Source: Eledone cirrhosa (Eukaryota). From it: DNA of 64,000 nt. Below are positions 26,226 to 40,920 of this stretch, piece by piece. How positions within the stretch are numbered: position 1 is the first letter of the stretch; each line of letters starts with the position of its first letter. Location of the stretch: assembly GCA_964016885.1 (NCBI GenBank), contig OZ024742.1, forward strand, positions 287,432,001 to 287,496,000, written 5' to 3'. The position numbers were made by a program, and so were the translations under genes. Below the pieces are notes generated by a model, which was not told where the DNA came from, ran no database searches, and saw only the letters and a list, made by a program, of their open reading frames with translations.

Positions 26226-29200
26226 ATGGCCAATATAAGAGTTGGATGTGTGAACGTACGCGGCCTGGGGATGCCCTGGAAACAGGGCAAACTCTTAAAC
26301 GACCTCAGGTCGCACAGTATGGATGTGGTAGCCATTTGCGAGTCCAGGATCCACGGCGAGCGACAGCTGGCCCCCATCTTCGATGACTTTGAGATCTACG
26401 CATCTCTCTGTCAACCGGGGGGTGGGGGCGGAGTTGCCGTTTTGCTGCGGAAACACCTGGGTCTCGTAACACAGACGGTACATCTGGACCCGGAGGGTCG
26501 ACTGGTGGTCCTAGACGTTGACGGTAGTGAAGGTGGAGCTTTCAGGCTGGTGGCCGCATATGCCACATCCGGGACACCACGGCCAGACTTCTTCAAACGT
26601 CTAGAGACTTTTCTGGGAATGTCCCGCTCCTTGCTTTTAGTGGGGGACTGGAATGGAATCCTAGATGCACGTTGGGACTATGTGGGAACATGTCCCGATA
26701 AAGGGGGGTGTAACAGCCTCAAACAGTTAATCGACCGATTTGACCTGGCCGATAGATATCGACTAAATTTTCCGACTGCGCCACTGTGGACGTGGAGTAA
26801 TCGTAGCGGAACATCTAGATCGTACCTAGATAGGGTTCTAGTTAGAAATAAGGATAGGGACATGTTAAGCTGTCCACAAATGTTCATGGTTGCCTATTCA
26901 GATCACAAACTAGTGACCTGCATGGCCAACCTTGATAGAACCCATAGACAAGGACTCGGCTACTGGAAGCTGAACTTGTCGTTACCGACAAGCAAAGCCT
27001 ACAGTAGACGGATTAGCACTTTAGTTAAACAGCACTTGACAGGGGCCATTGTCAACAACAGATGGTGGTACTCTCTCAAGAGGGCAGTTAGATTAGACTC
27101 GATAGTTTTTAGTAAAGAATTAGCGTTAGATAGAAATAGAACCGAGAAGGAACTGGTAGATAAAGTAGAAGAGGCAATTAGAAGTGGCAACGTAGCCAGC
27201 ATGCTAGCAACGAGAACGGCCTTAGACCAGTTCTTCGACGCAAAGCACGAGGGCTGCGTTGTCAGAAGCAAAATACGTGCTCAGGGAAACGAGGGAGCCA
27301 AAGCTGTTAGCTGGGCCCGAGTGACGGAGGCAAAAAGTGGCAACAAGTCCACGATTCGGTCTTTGAAGGACCAAAACGGACGCGTGATACGTGAGCCGAA
27401 GCAGATGTGTGCGGCTTTTCAGCGGCACTTTGCTCGGCTGTTCGGGAGGGGCGGCGCGCCGGGTTAGGCTATGGATTTCGGTCCATACCTCGACGGCCTA
27501 CCGCGACTCTCGGACAGCGAGGCGAAATTCTGCGAAAAGCCGATTTCAGCCACTGAGATAGGGGACGCGCTGAGCCAATGCGGCAAACGCAAATCTCCAG
27601 GTATCGACGGTCTACCCTACGAATTTTACGTAGCAATGCCGGACTTATTCTCCGGTCTCCTGGAAGCGGTCTACTGCAACTGGCAACAGAACGGGAGAAT
27701 TCCCAGTTCTGTAACCGGGGGCGTGGTCACACTAATCAGGAAGGAGGAGAATAAGGGGGATGACATAGGCAACTTCCGGCCCATAACTCTGCTGCTAAAC
27801 ACAGAGTTACAGATTTTGGCCAAGGTGTTGGCAAATAGGCTGGCGCTTGTCGTCGAGAACCTGGTGGGAGAAGCGCAGACATGCGCAATCCCGACCAGGT
27901 CCATACACGACAACCTCCACCTCATGCGATACATCATAGAGAGGGTAGGGTGTAAACCCGGCTTCGGTGGGGCCCTGATCAACTTGGATCAGTCTAAGGC
28001 TTTCGATAGAGTTGACCATCGTTACCTGGATGCGGTGCTCGAGGCGGCAGGCTTCGGACCCGTATTCAGGGGCTGGATTGCTGCAATGCACAACAGCAAC
28101 ATCTGCTCAAGGGTCAAGGTGAACGGCTACCTCTCGGAGCCGTTCCATATTACGCGATCCATTCGACAGGGATGCCCTCTCTCCTCCCTTCTGTACGTAC
28201 TAACTCTCGAGCCACTACTGCGGAAGCTGGAGCTATTGCAGGGCATCCCTCTGGAACCGGGACTGCGGAAAGCGGCGTCGGCCTACGCCGACGACGTGAC
28301 AGTAATGGTGTCGAGGGCCTCGCAAATCGAGGAAGTCGGCAACTTACTGAAGGAATACGAAAGTCTCACAGGAGCGAAGCTGAACCGGGACAAGTCCATC
28401 GGTTTGCAACTCGGATCGTGGAGAGGCAAACCGATGCCTTCCGATGGCGTCGTCGGACGCTGGACGGAAGGACCGGTAAAGCTGCTCGGGGTCTGGTTTG
28501 GTCCGGACCTCCAGGTGGAGAAGAACTGGAACGAAGTGACGGCCAAGGTGTTTGCACTCACCCAGAAGTGGGCAGAGTGCAAACTATCCTTGAAAGGTAG
28601 AGCGGAGGTGGCGAACACTTTTATAGCGTCCGCCATCTACTACCGCTTGACCGTCGTGCCTTGTCCAGCCAAAACGCTCGCCAAAATGGAGCGCGCGCTC
28701 TTCCGATTCCTTTGGAAGAGGCGGGCTCCTTTAGTGAGAAGATCCATCTGCTGCCAACACCCTTCTAACGGAGGGCTGGGGATGCCGTCGTTGACGATGC
28801 GCAAACACGCACTCAGGCTGCGGCATCTCTACGTATTCCTCACCGGACAACCGGTGTGGGCCCCGTTCGTGAGACGAGCCTTCCCACGACTCGTCTCGCT
28901 GACCGAGCTGCAGTCCTGGATCAAGCAAAGACCGAGGAAAATGGGCGACTGGCACATCGAATGTGCTCAGGCGCTCACAGCCCTCTGGCAGGCGGACCCG
29001 GCGATCAGTGGAGACTCCACTTCGTCATTCTATAGAGGGTTGGTCCGCAGCAAGTGCGACGACGCGCTCAGTGAAACTCTAGGCGTAGAGGAAGATGAAC
29101 TGGCCAGTCTGTTCGGTAGGACCTTCCGCCCGGGACCGATGGACAACTTCCAAAAGTCCCTGGCCTGGCAGTGCTACCGAGGAGCTCTACCAGTTCGAGA

Positions 29201-29668
29201 CAAGCTCTACAGACATGGGCGCCCGGGAAGGGACCCTGCAAAAAAGATCTGTCCGAGGTGCATGCGAGACGAAGAAACCCTCGCGCACGCATTCATACAC
29301 TGCCCGGGCGTCACTGACATGTGGGTCTATGTAGAACGACTATTGTCGCGGGTGGGACCAATCCAGTTGACCACCGAGTCCATTGTCATGATCAAACCGC
29401 CACCCTCCTTCAAAAACGAAGGAGAGGCGGTTTTCCTTTGTGTGATAGCTATGGCGAAAGAGGTTGTATGGTGGACAAGGTTGAAAGGGCTGAGGTCAGA
29501 CACCTTTCTCTCCGGCCAACAACTGATTCTTTTTTTCAAATACCACTTTGGAAGAAGAATCTCAGGATGGAGAGAGAGGTGCTGTACCCCAGCAAATTTT
29601 ATGAAAGGTGGGTGAAAGTGGCGAGAATGGCCCGAGTGAATGGGCCTTCTCTCTATATCAGCCTGTAG
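26226..29668 (+). pseudogene. Copy E ORF2: APE + RT + zinc motif, nearly intact
   Basis: MANIRVGCVNVRGL start; one in-frame TAG at 27465-27467 and one frameshift near 29560. Confidence 0.9.
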
Positions 29669-29920
29669 GTTGAGGAAAAGGAGGAGGAGAGGAAAGGAGT
29701 ACAAACTCTTCGTACTCCTGGAGATGAGGGTTGCACATTTTTTTTTCGGGGGTATGTGTTACCCATATAAACTGTCTCCCTCTATTGGGGAAAATCGACT
29801 AACTTTTTAAATTCCATTTGTGATAACATTTTACACGTTTTTATTGTATGTAAACTTCCCCCTTTGTATTTGTCCCCTTCTTTTGTGCCCCTGTGGCTAA
29901 TAAAGAAATATATCTATCTA

Positions 29921-29985
<65 letters not shown>

Positions 29986-30155
29986 GTTGATTGGCAGTAT
30001 CGGTAGAGGGTCGGACGCCATGCTTTTCAGCATAGTTACCTCCATTTACGGTCTGAGTTCAAATCCCGCCGAGGTTAACTTTACAGAGTTGATAAAATAA
30101 AGTACCAGTAATACACTGTGATAATTGCTGGCCTTGTGCCAAAAGTAGAAACAAT
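29986..30155 (+). mobile_element. tRNA-derived SINE (internally deleted)
   Basis: TTGGCAGTATCGGTAGAGGGTCGG...GAGTTCAAATCCCGCC...GTAGAAACAATT. Confidence 0.85.
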
Positions 30156-30297
30156 TATTATTGATGTTCGATATAACCGATACGTACATATGTATATGTA
30201 TATATGTGTGTGTTGTATATATATATGTATATATATGTGTACGTGTGCATACTTACATTTATGTATCAGCTATGCTAGGGCAAGAAATAATATCCTA

Positions 30298-30359
<62 letters not shown>

Positions 30360-30370
30360 CATACACACAC

Positions 30371-33908
<3,538 letters not shown>

Positions 33909-34281
33909 TTAGATTAGATTTGGGAAACGGAAATATGATAAAGAAATATTTATCTATTTACTTAAAGTGTCCTACTGCAGTTTCATTGAGAAATACTCAG
34001 CATTTAGAAGTGTGAAAATGTCAAATCGTCAAGGAGCATTTTCAAACAAGAAAGGATACCAGCGATAATTTCGAACGGGAGAACTATCACGTGATTAGCG
34101 TCCTTTATCTTGGCGCTTCCCAAATATAATTTTATTAATTCTTTCATTGAGCAAAATTGGTATCTGCTGAACTCCCTCGTATGTATGTCTATACTTGTGT
34201 ATACATATACATATGTGTGTGCACGCATGTATGCCTGTGTATATGAGATAAAGAGAGAGAGAGAGAGGGAGAGAGAGAGAC

Positions 34282-34322
<41 letters not shown>

Positions 34323-34347
34323 GCGGGAGAGAGAGAGACATAGAGAC

Positions 34348-34407
<60 letters not shown>

Positions 34408-35120
34408 AGTGTGAAAAGAATGTAAGTTAAATTCCTCTTTTATTCACTGTGGAGTTTCTTGGAATATAACAAATCTGTTTCGTCTTCATTTGGCTGTTGT
34501 TGTTGTTGTTGTTATTGTAGGTGTTGGTGATAGTGGTAGTGATAGTCTTGTTCTAGCTGTTGCTTTTGTTGGTAGTAGTCTTGATGTTATTGTAGCTCAT
34601 CTTGTCCTTGATATATTATTAGTATCAATGTAAGTATTAGCATTGTCAGTAACGGTGTTGGAGAAATTCTTAGTGTCGTGTTATATTGTCCTAGGTTACT
34701 CCTAGCCTACCGATCGAAGTCGTTTCAGTTGTGATCAGCCCGTTCATTTCTCGAACATTGCGTATCTATTACGACACTATCCAATGTATCTCTTTATTTT
34801 CAAGACGGTAGCGTGTAATTTGCGCGGGACCTGGCTGCTATTTCTAGTAGGTTTATTGACTGTTCAGAATTTCCCTGGTTATTCCGTATTACTGTTGCTG
34901 TTATCCTTCTTGTTGTTGTTTAGATTCATGCCAGCCCAAAATCGAGCCAATGTATGATCAAAGACGTTCCAGTCATGACCAACACATCTTTAGTATATCT
35001 GGGACTTCATCATACAACGTGTCATTTCTTCTGAATTTAAGGCGGAGGTTCTCTTTGGGGCCACCGGCTTCCTCACGACTATTTCCAGAGAGACCTGCCT
35101 ACACGGAAATTGTAAATAAT

Positions 35121-35317
35121 GATTTCTACTATAGGCACAAGGTCAGCAATTTAGGGAGAGGGGAAAGTCGATTAAATCGACCCCAGTGCATTACTGGTGC
35201 TTTATTTTATCGACCCCGTAAGGATGAATGGCAAAGCTAACCTCGGTGGGATTTGAACTTAGAACGTAAAGAACCATAACTCTATGCTGATCCTCTACCG
35301 ATTCTGCCAACCCACCG
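35121..35317 (-). mobile_element. tRNA-derived SINE
   Basis: TTTTATCGACCCCGTAAGGATGAA...GGATTTGAACT. Confidence 0.8.
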
Positions 35318-35982
35318 ATATAATAAATAAAATCGTTAATTTATATTTAATAAATAATATAATATATACTATGTATAAATAGATATTATATATTTTTTAT
35401 TTTACTATATTTATATATAATATATATCATTTGATATTTAATATACTATTATGTTATCTGTACCTCCCCTTAGACCTCGGCGCCCCATGGACCTTCTCAA
35501 AGCCCTCCAGGGGTGGTAGCGCCCACTTTGAGAATATCTGATTTAAGGGATATTTTGACTGCTATTTTAAGTAGGTCGAGTGACCTTGAGTTGGTAGAAA
35601 TAGAGAAGGGGGATTCTTGGTGGTAGTGTTGTTGTTGTTGTTGGTGGTGGTGTAGTGTGGTAATGATGGTTGTGGTGTGGTGGTGATATTAGTTTTAATA
35701 GACATGTTAGTGGTGATATTGGAGTGCAGGCGGTGATCGAGGTCGTACAGGTAGTGAGGGGGGAGGGGTGTGTGTTAATCGTGATGGAGGTGATGGTGGT
35801 GATTTAGATGGTACATAACTGGAAAGGGTTGAGACGACGAAAACGATATATGACAACAAGAGCAAACTATAACAGTCCGCGAAAGTTAGGGTCAGAGTGA
35901 CATAAAAAAATGAGGTAAATATATTTTACTGAATGAAATTAAAAATACCGCACTAATTGGGTCGTTACTCCTCCTCCTCCTC

Positions 35983-36048
<66 letters not shown>

Positions 36049-36353
36049 TGTGTGTGCGTGTGTTTATTTATATGTTTATTGGTTTGTCACTAGTTTGTTG
36101 TTTGTTCTATCTGTGTGTGCCTGGTTTGTTTTATTAGTTTGGTTTTTATGTGTCTGTGTAAGTCTTTATCGTATCCTTAATTACTAGTTGTGATTTTTCG
36201 CAGTCAAATTTCTGCGTTGAAGGTGTTAACTTTAAGCTAACATATCTTAGAAACATTCATAATCGCTCAACGTTTTTAAAAACAAGATTGTTCGTTTACA
36301 TACTTGGCGAAAAGATAAGGTTTAAAATAACAGAAAGAAAGAAAGAAGAAATA

Positions 36354-36417
<64 letters not shown>

Positions 36418-37554
36418 GAGGTTATATTTAATTTGTTGGGATTCAACAAGCTTAATATTTTTTATAACTGATATATAGCACTCAACAGGTAGTGGAGTAA
36501 ATACACATTATATTAATAGATGGAAACTATATTTATAAAACCATATTTATTTTATTATATATATTTTTCAAGGGCAACAAGGCAAATTATGGTGCGCTTT
36601 CATCAGATAAAATACAGATTTATTTTATAAATAAATATTGACATACCCGGAAAAAAACAACCTTAACGGCTGGAGCTTCCTGGATAGTGGAGATAATATT
36701 TTATTGAGGGTAATACAAAGTTATAAGTGAGTATGCAAATGAGTGTCCGAAAAGTTGAAAAGATAACGGTTTATTTAAATTAAACTGTTGGAAGAAGAGG
36801 ATATGTAAGGGAGAGAGAAGAAAAGGAAGGAGAAAGAGAGAAGAAGAAAGAAAGAACGATTATACATAGTGATAGTGAAGATAGTCAAAGTGAACGAATT
36901 TTAATGGAGGAATATAACTAAGTGAAAGAAGAAGTGAAAGAAGAGTTAAGATTAACGTGGAAGAATAATATTTAGAATGTAGAGTTCATTACGTTGTGAT
37001 TATAATATTTATAATGATAAGTTGAACAATTAGATTAAAATAAAAAATAAAAAATTAAAACTCAAAATTAAAGATTAAAATTTACTTTAATATTAAAAAT
37101 TTAATTTAATATTAATATTAAAATTAAAAATTAAAAATTAAAAATTAAAAATTAAAATTAAAGCAGAAGTATTTATATTATATTAAGATGTATTAGTAAT
37201 AATATATTGGTTTAGATGTGTATGTTATGGATTATAAATTATTTAAATGTATAGTATTTTACATTAGAGAAAATCTAGTATAGTTTATTTGATTAAAGTA
37301 AGTTTGACAAAATTATATTTATTAATAGTTGTAAGTCAAAACTTAAACATCCAAATAATTCCAAATTTATGAAAATTTACGAGAGTTTACAAAGGAACAA
37401 CTACTTAATTAGATTATAAAAACAGTAAGGAAATATAAAGGAAGTTAGAAGTGATTTTGTAAGAACTCAAATGACTCCAAGGATACATAAAAAAACCTTT
37501 TAAAAAACCTTTAAAAAAAAATTTATTTTTAATTTTTTATGAGAAGTCATAAAT

Positions 37555-37721
37555 GTTATAAAGCTCCATCATACACAGCTCTATCCAAAAATTGCTCCAT
37601 TTGCGTTGAAGAAATATTCTTTATACTAAAAAGTAAGAACTCTATTAATTTGCGTAATAATTTATTTAGTTCTTGTAAACATCGTTTAAACTCAACTTTT
37701 AGATATATATATAAAATGTAA
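37555..37721 (+). pseudogene. C-terminal part of a Penelope/Naiad-type GIY-YIG endonuclease
   Basis: Pattern A-x-x-Y...C-x-x-C-x-x-E...N-x-R...C-K-H. Confidence 0.6.
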
Positions 37722-39032
37722 TATATGGTTAATCTCCTTTACATAACGTTTTCTATATCCAACCACCTACAACTTCATCCCTCAGATTATATCTATATAT
37801 GATTCATATATATTTAATTTACTTTCTATTATCTCTATTTCATAAATATACTTTTATATGACTACTTGAAATTCTTTTAAGAAAAATTTTCCTTGATAGA
37901 CTTTCTGAAGGTTTTAGAAAATTCTTGGTAAATCCTTTGAAGGATATGGAAAAACCATTATTTTCATATCTTCCAATATTTTATATCTTCAAACAGTTTT
38001 AATATATATCCAAATATTTATATATATGTGGAATGACATATGGATTTTATATGTATGCGGAATAACCTATGGTTTATGTTTTAATTATATTCTTAAGATA
38101 AATTTTTTAACTTTATAACATTAATGACATCTCATAAAAAAAAAAAAAAATTTTTAAAGTTTTTTTTATGTATCCTTGGAGTCATTTGAGTTCTTAAAAA
38201 AATCACTTCTAACTTCCTTTATACTTCCTTACTGTTTTTATAATCTAATTAAGTAGTTGTTCCTTTGTAAACTCTCGTAAATTTTAATAAATTTGGAATT
38301 ATTTTGATGTTTAAGTTTTGACTTACAACTATTAATAAATATAATTTTACCAAACTTACTTTAATCAAATAAACTATACTAGATTTTCTCTAATGTAAAA
38401 TACTATACATTTAAATAATTTATAATCCATAACATACACATCTAAACCAATATATTATTACTAATACATCTTAATATAATATAAATACTTCTGTTTTAAT
38501 TTTAATTTTTAATTTTTAATTTTAATATTAATATTAAATTAAATTTTTAATATTAAAGTAAATTTTAATCTTTAATTTTGAGTTTTAATTTTTTATTTTT
38601 TATTTTAATCTAATTGGTCAACTTATCATTATAAATATTATAATCACAACGTAATGAACTCTACATTCTAAATATTATTCTTCCACGTTAATCTTAACTC
38701 TTCTTTCACTTCTTTCACTTAGTTATATTCCTCCATTAAAATTTATTTCCTCGTTCACTTTGACTATCTTCACTATCACTATGTATAATCGTTCTTTCTT
38801 TCTTCTTCTCTCTTTCTTCTTCCTTTTCTTCTCTCTCCCTTACATATTCTCTTCTTCCAACAGTTTAATTTAAATAAACCGTTATCTTTTCAACTTTTCG
38901 GACACTCATTTGCATACTCACTCATAACTTTGTATTACCCTCAATAAAATATTATCTCCACTATCCAGGAAGCTCCAACCGTTAAGGTTGTCTTTTTTCC
39001 GAGTATCTCAATATTTATTGATAAAACAAATC

Positions 39033-39102
39033 TGTATTTTATCTGATGAAAGCGCACCATAATTTGCCTTGGTTGCCCTTGAAATATATATAATAAAATA
39101 TA
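39033..39102 (+). ncRNA. Type I hammerhead ribozyme with canonical core
   Basis: Stem I TGTATTTTAT/ATAAAATATA (10 bp, one G-U); CTGATGA at 39043-39049; stem II AAGCGCA/TGCCCTT; GAAA at 39081; palindromic ATATATAT; AUA triplet. Confidence 0.75.
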
Positions 39103-39242
39103 TGGTTTTATAAATATAGTTTCCATTTATTAATACAATATATATATATATATAGTAATTTGCCCTAGGGTTCTTATATATTTGATATATATTTATCCTT
39201 ATCGATCCCTCTTTGGATTTTAGTCTTCACATTTATTATTAT

Positions 39243-39301
<59 letters not shown>

Positions 39302-39553
39302 GAAATACGAGGAAATAATAGACAAAAATATACCTATTTTTTCTTCAAAGTCCCGCCTGCAGTTTCACCGAATCCGCACTATAAAAATGCATCATCGCTG
39401 TGAAGTTGATAAGGCTTATCAAGAGACCCCCTCAGAAAAAAGGACTGTTTCTTGAGCGTTCGTAGCAAGTGTGAAATTCTCGAGAAGCGGAGCGAGCAAT
39501 TAACATGCAATGCAGTGGTAAAAAAAGGACTGCTTCTTGACGCGTTATATATA

Positions 39554-40418
39554 CTAGCAGAAAAACCACCCCTGGGTGGTTTTCTACTAACATGTGTAGT
39601 GTGTATATTGATATTAAACGCAGGTATATATACATGTAGATATGCTACATCAAATAAAATCGTAATGGATAATATATAATACATAGAAATTGAACGAAGA
39701 TTGCGTTACACTGTCTTATTTAATCAGTAACGTAATCCATGATACATTAAAAAAGAGATATTACATATAAACTGCATTACGAGAAAATTAGTGATAGAAA
39801 ATTAGTATGTTTATTTTAGCGATGGCCAACCGGAAGTGTTGACATTTCAGAAATTTTAAAGAAGTTATCTTTAAATAAACAAAATATATTTAATCAACAG
39901 CCACGAAATTTAGTAGATAAATTATGTAATATTCATTCATTATTTATTCAAAGTATGGTGGTGGATTGGCAGTATTGGTAGAGGGTCGGACGCCATGCTT
40001 TCCAGCATAGTTATGTCCCTTTATGATCTGAGTTCAAATCCCGCCGAGGTTGACTTTGCCTTTCATCCTTACGGGGTCGATAAAATAAAGTACCAGTAAT
40101 GCACTGGGTAATTGCTGGCCTTGTGCCTAAAGTAGAAACAATTATTTATTGAAAGTATCGGTAGAGGCTCGAACATGCTTTCCAGCATAGTTACGTCCCT
40201 TTATGATCTGAGTCAAATCCCGCTGAGGTTAACTTTGCCTTTCATCCATACGGGGTCGATAAAATAAAGTACCAGTAATGTACTGGGTAATTGCTGGCCT
40301 TGTGCCAAAAGTAGAAACAATTATTTATTCAAAGTAATCCAACTTATTTTACTAATGGGATAAAACATTATAAACCGTACGCAGTCCCGCTCTCCTTACT
40401 ACTTTATTATAGTTTAAA
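39554..40418 (-). mobile_element. Non-autonomous Helitron (second copy) carrying two nested SINEs
   Basis: Homologous to 7219-7763; SINEs at 39956-40140 and 40158-40319 are separated by three copies of a 17-bp TSD. Confidence 0.85.
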
Positions 40419-40674
40419 TAACCACCTCCACACACACACCCAGCACCTTCGCCTCACCACATACACGCCAGAGTGTCTATGAAACATCCCCCCCCGCAAC
40501 TCACCCCCACCCCCACCATCTCTTCATTATGATCCCCCCACCTATCACACATACCAAAACATTCCTTATAGCAAAACCACTAATCAAAACAACAGTAACT
40601 GACCTCCACAAATGAATGTGAATCCTTATAGACCTTTCTACGCCCTACAGGTTCATTCTGTCATTACCACAGCA

Positions 40675-40763
40675 GAGGTCCGACAAGTTTTAGATCCCAG
40701 AATCGGGCCAGATCGATACAGATCGAACTTTCAGCTGATCAATAGCGAAACGCGCGTCACTAC
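40675..40763 (+). ncRNA. Degenerate hammerhead motif (C4 variant family)
   Basis: GGT-CCGACAA...AGC-GAAA-CGCGCG-TC|ACT; homologue at 59418-59500 (-). Confidence 0.5.
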
Positions 40764-40920
40764 TCAATAAACGCAATGAAGACACAACAAATCGTACTTT
40801 TATTATAATATTTTCACTCTGCTTAGTTCTACACCTCTTTACCGACTGGAAACTACGCATCGAGTGCTCACTCGGGTGAACCTACAGTAACTGTACGTTA
40901 CATTCCCTATATATATTTTT

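Larger units (their letters stand above)
24284..29908 (+). mobile_element. Tx1-clade non-LTR retrotransposon, copy E (full-length, ~5.6 kb)
   Basis: ORF1 and ORF2 lie between (TATC)n tracts; 3' end GTGGCTAATAAAGAAA-TATATCTATC. Confidence 0.9.
36511..39135. mobile_element. AT-rich PLE remnant: ~985-bp inverted repeats around a GIY-YIG C-terminal fragment
   Basis: 36511-37497 is the reverse complement of 38158-39135; the spacer encodes KAPSY...CSICVEE...INLRNNLFSSCKH; flanked by (TA)n. Confidence 0.75.

Noticed and set aside
27465-27467. Programmed readthrough or recoding at in-frame stops in Tx1 ORF2 (also 15845-15847)
   Set aside because: The stops are private to single copies and sister copies have sense codons there, so they are ordinary decay.
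14246-29908. Tx1 array as a segmental tandem duplication or CRISPR-like array
   Set aside because: The units differ in length, truncation point and sequence, and each has its own retrotransposon 3' end.
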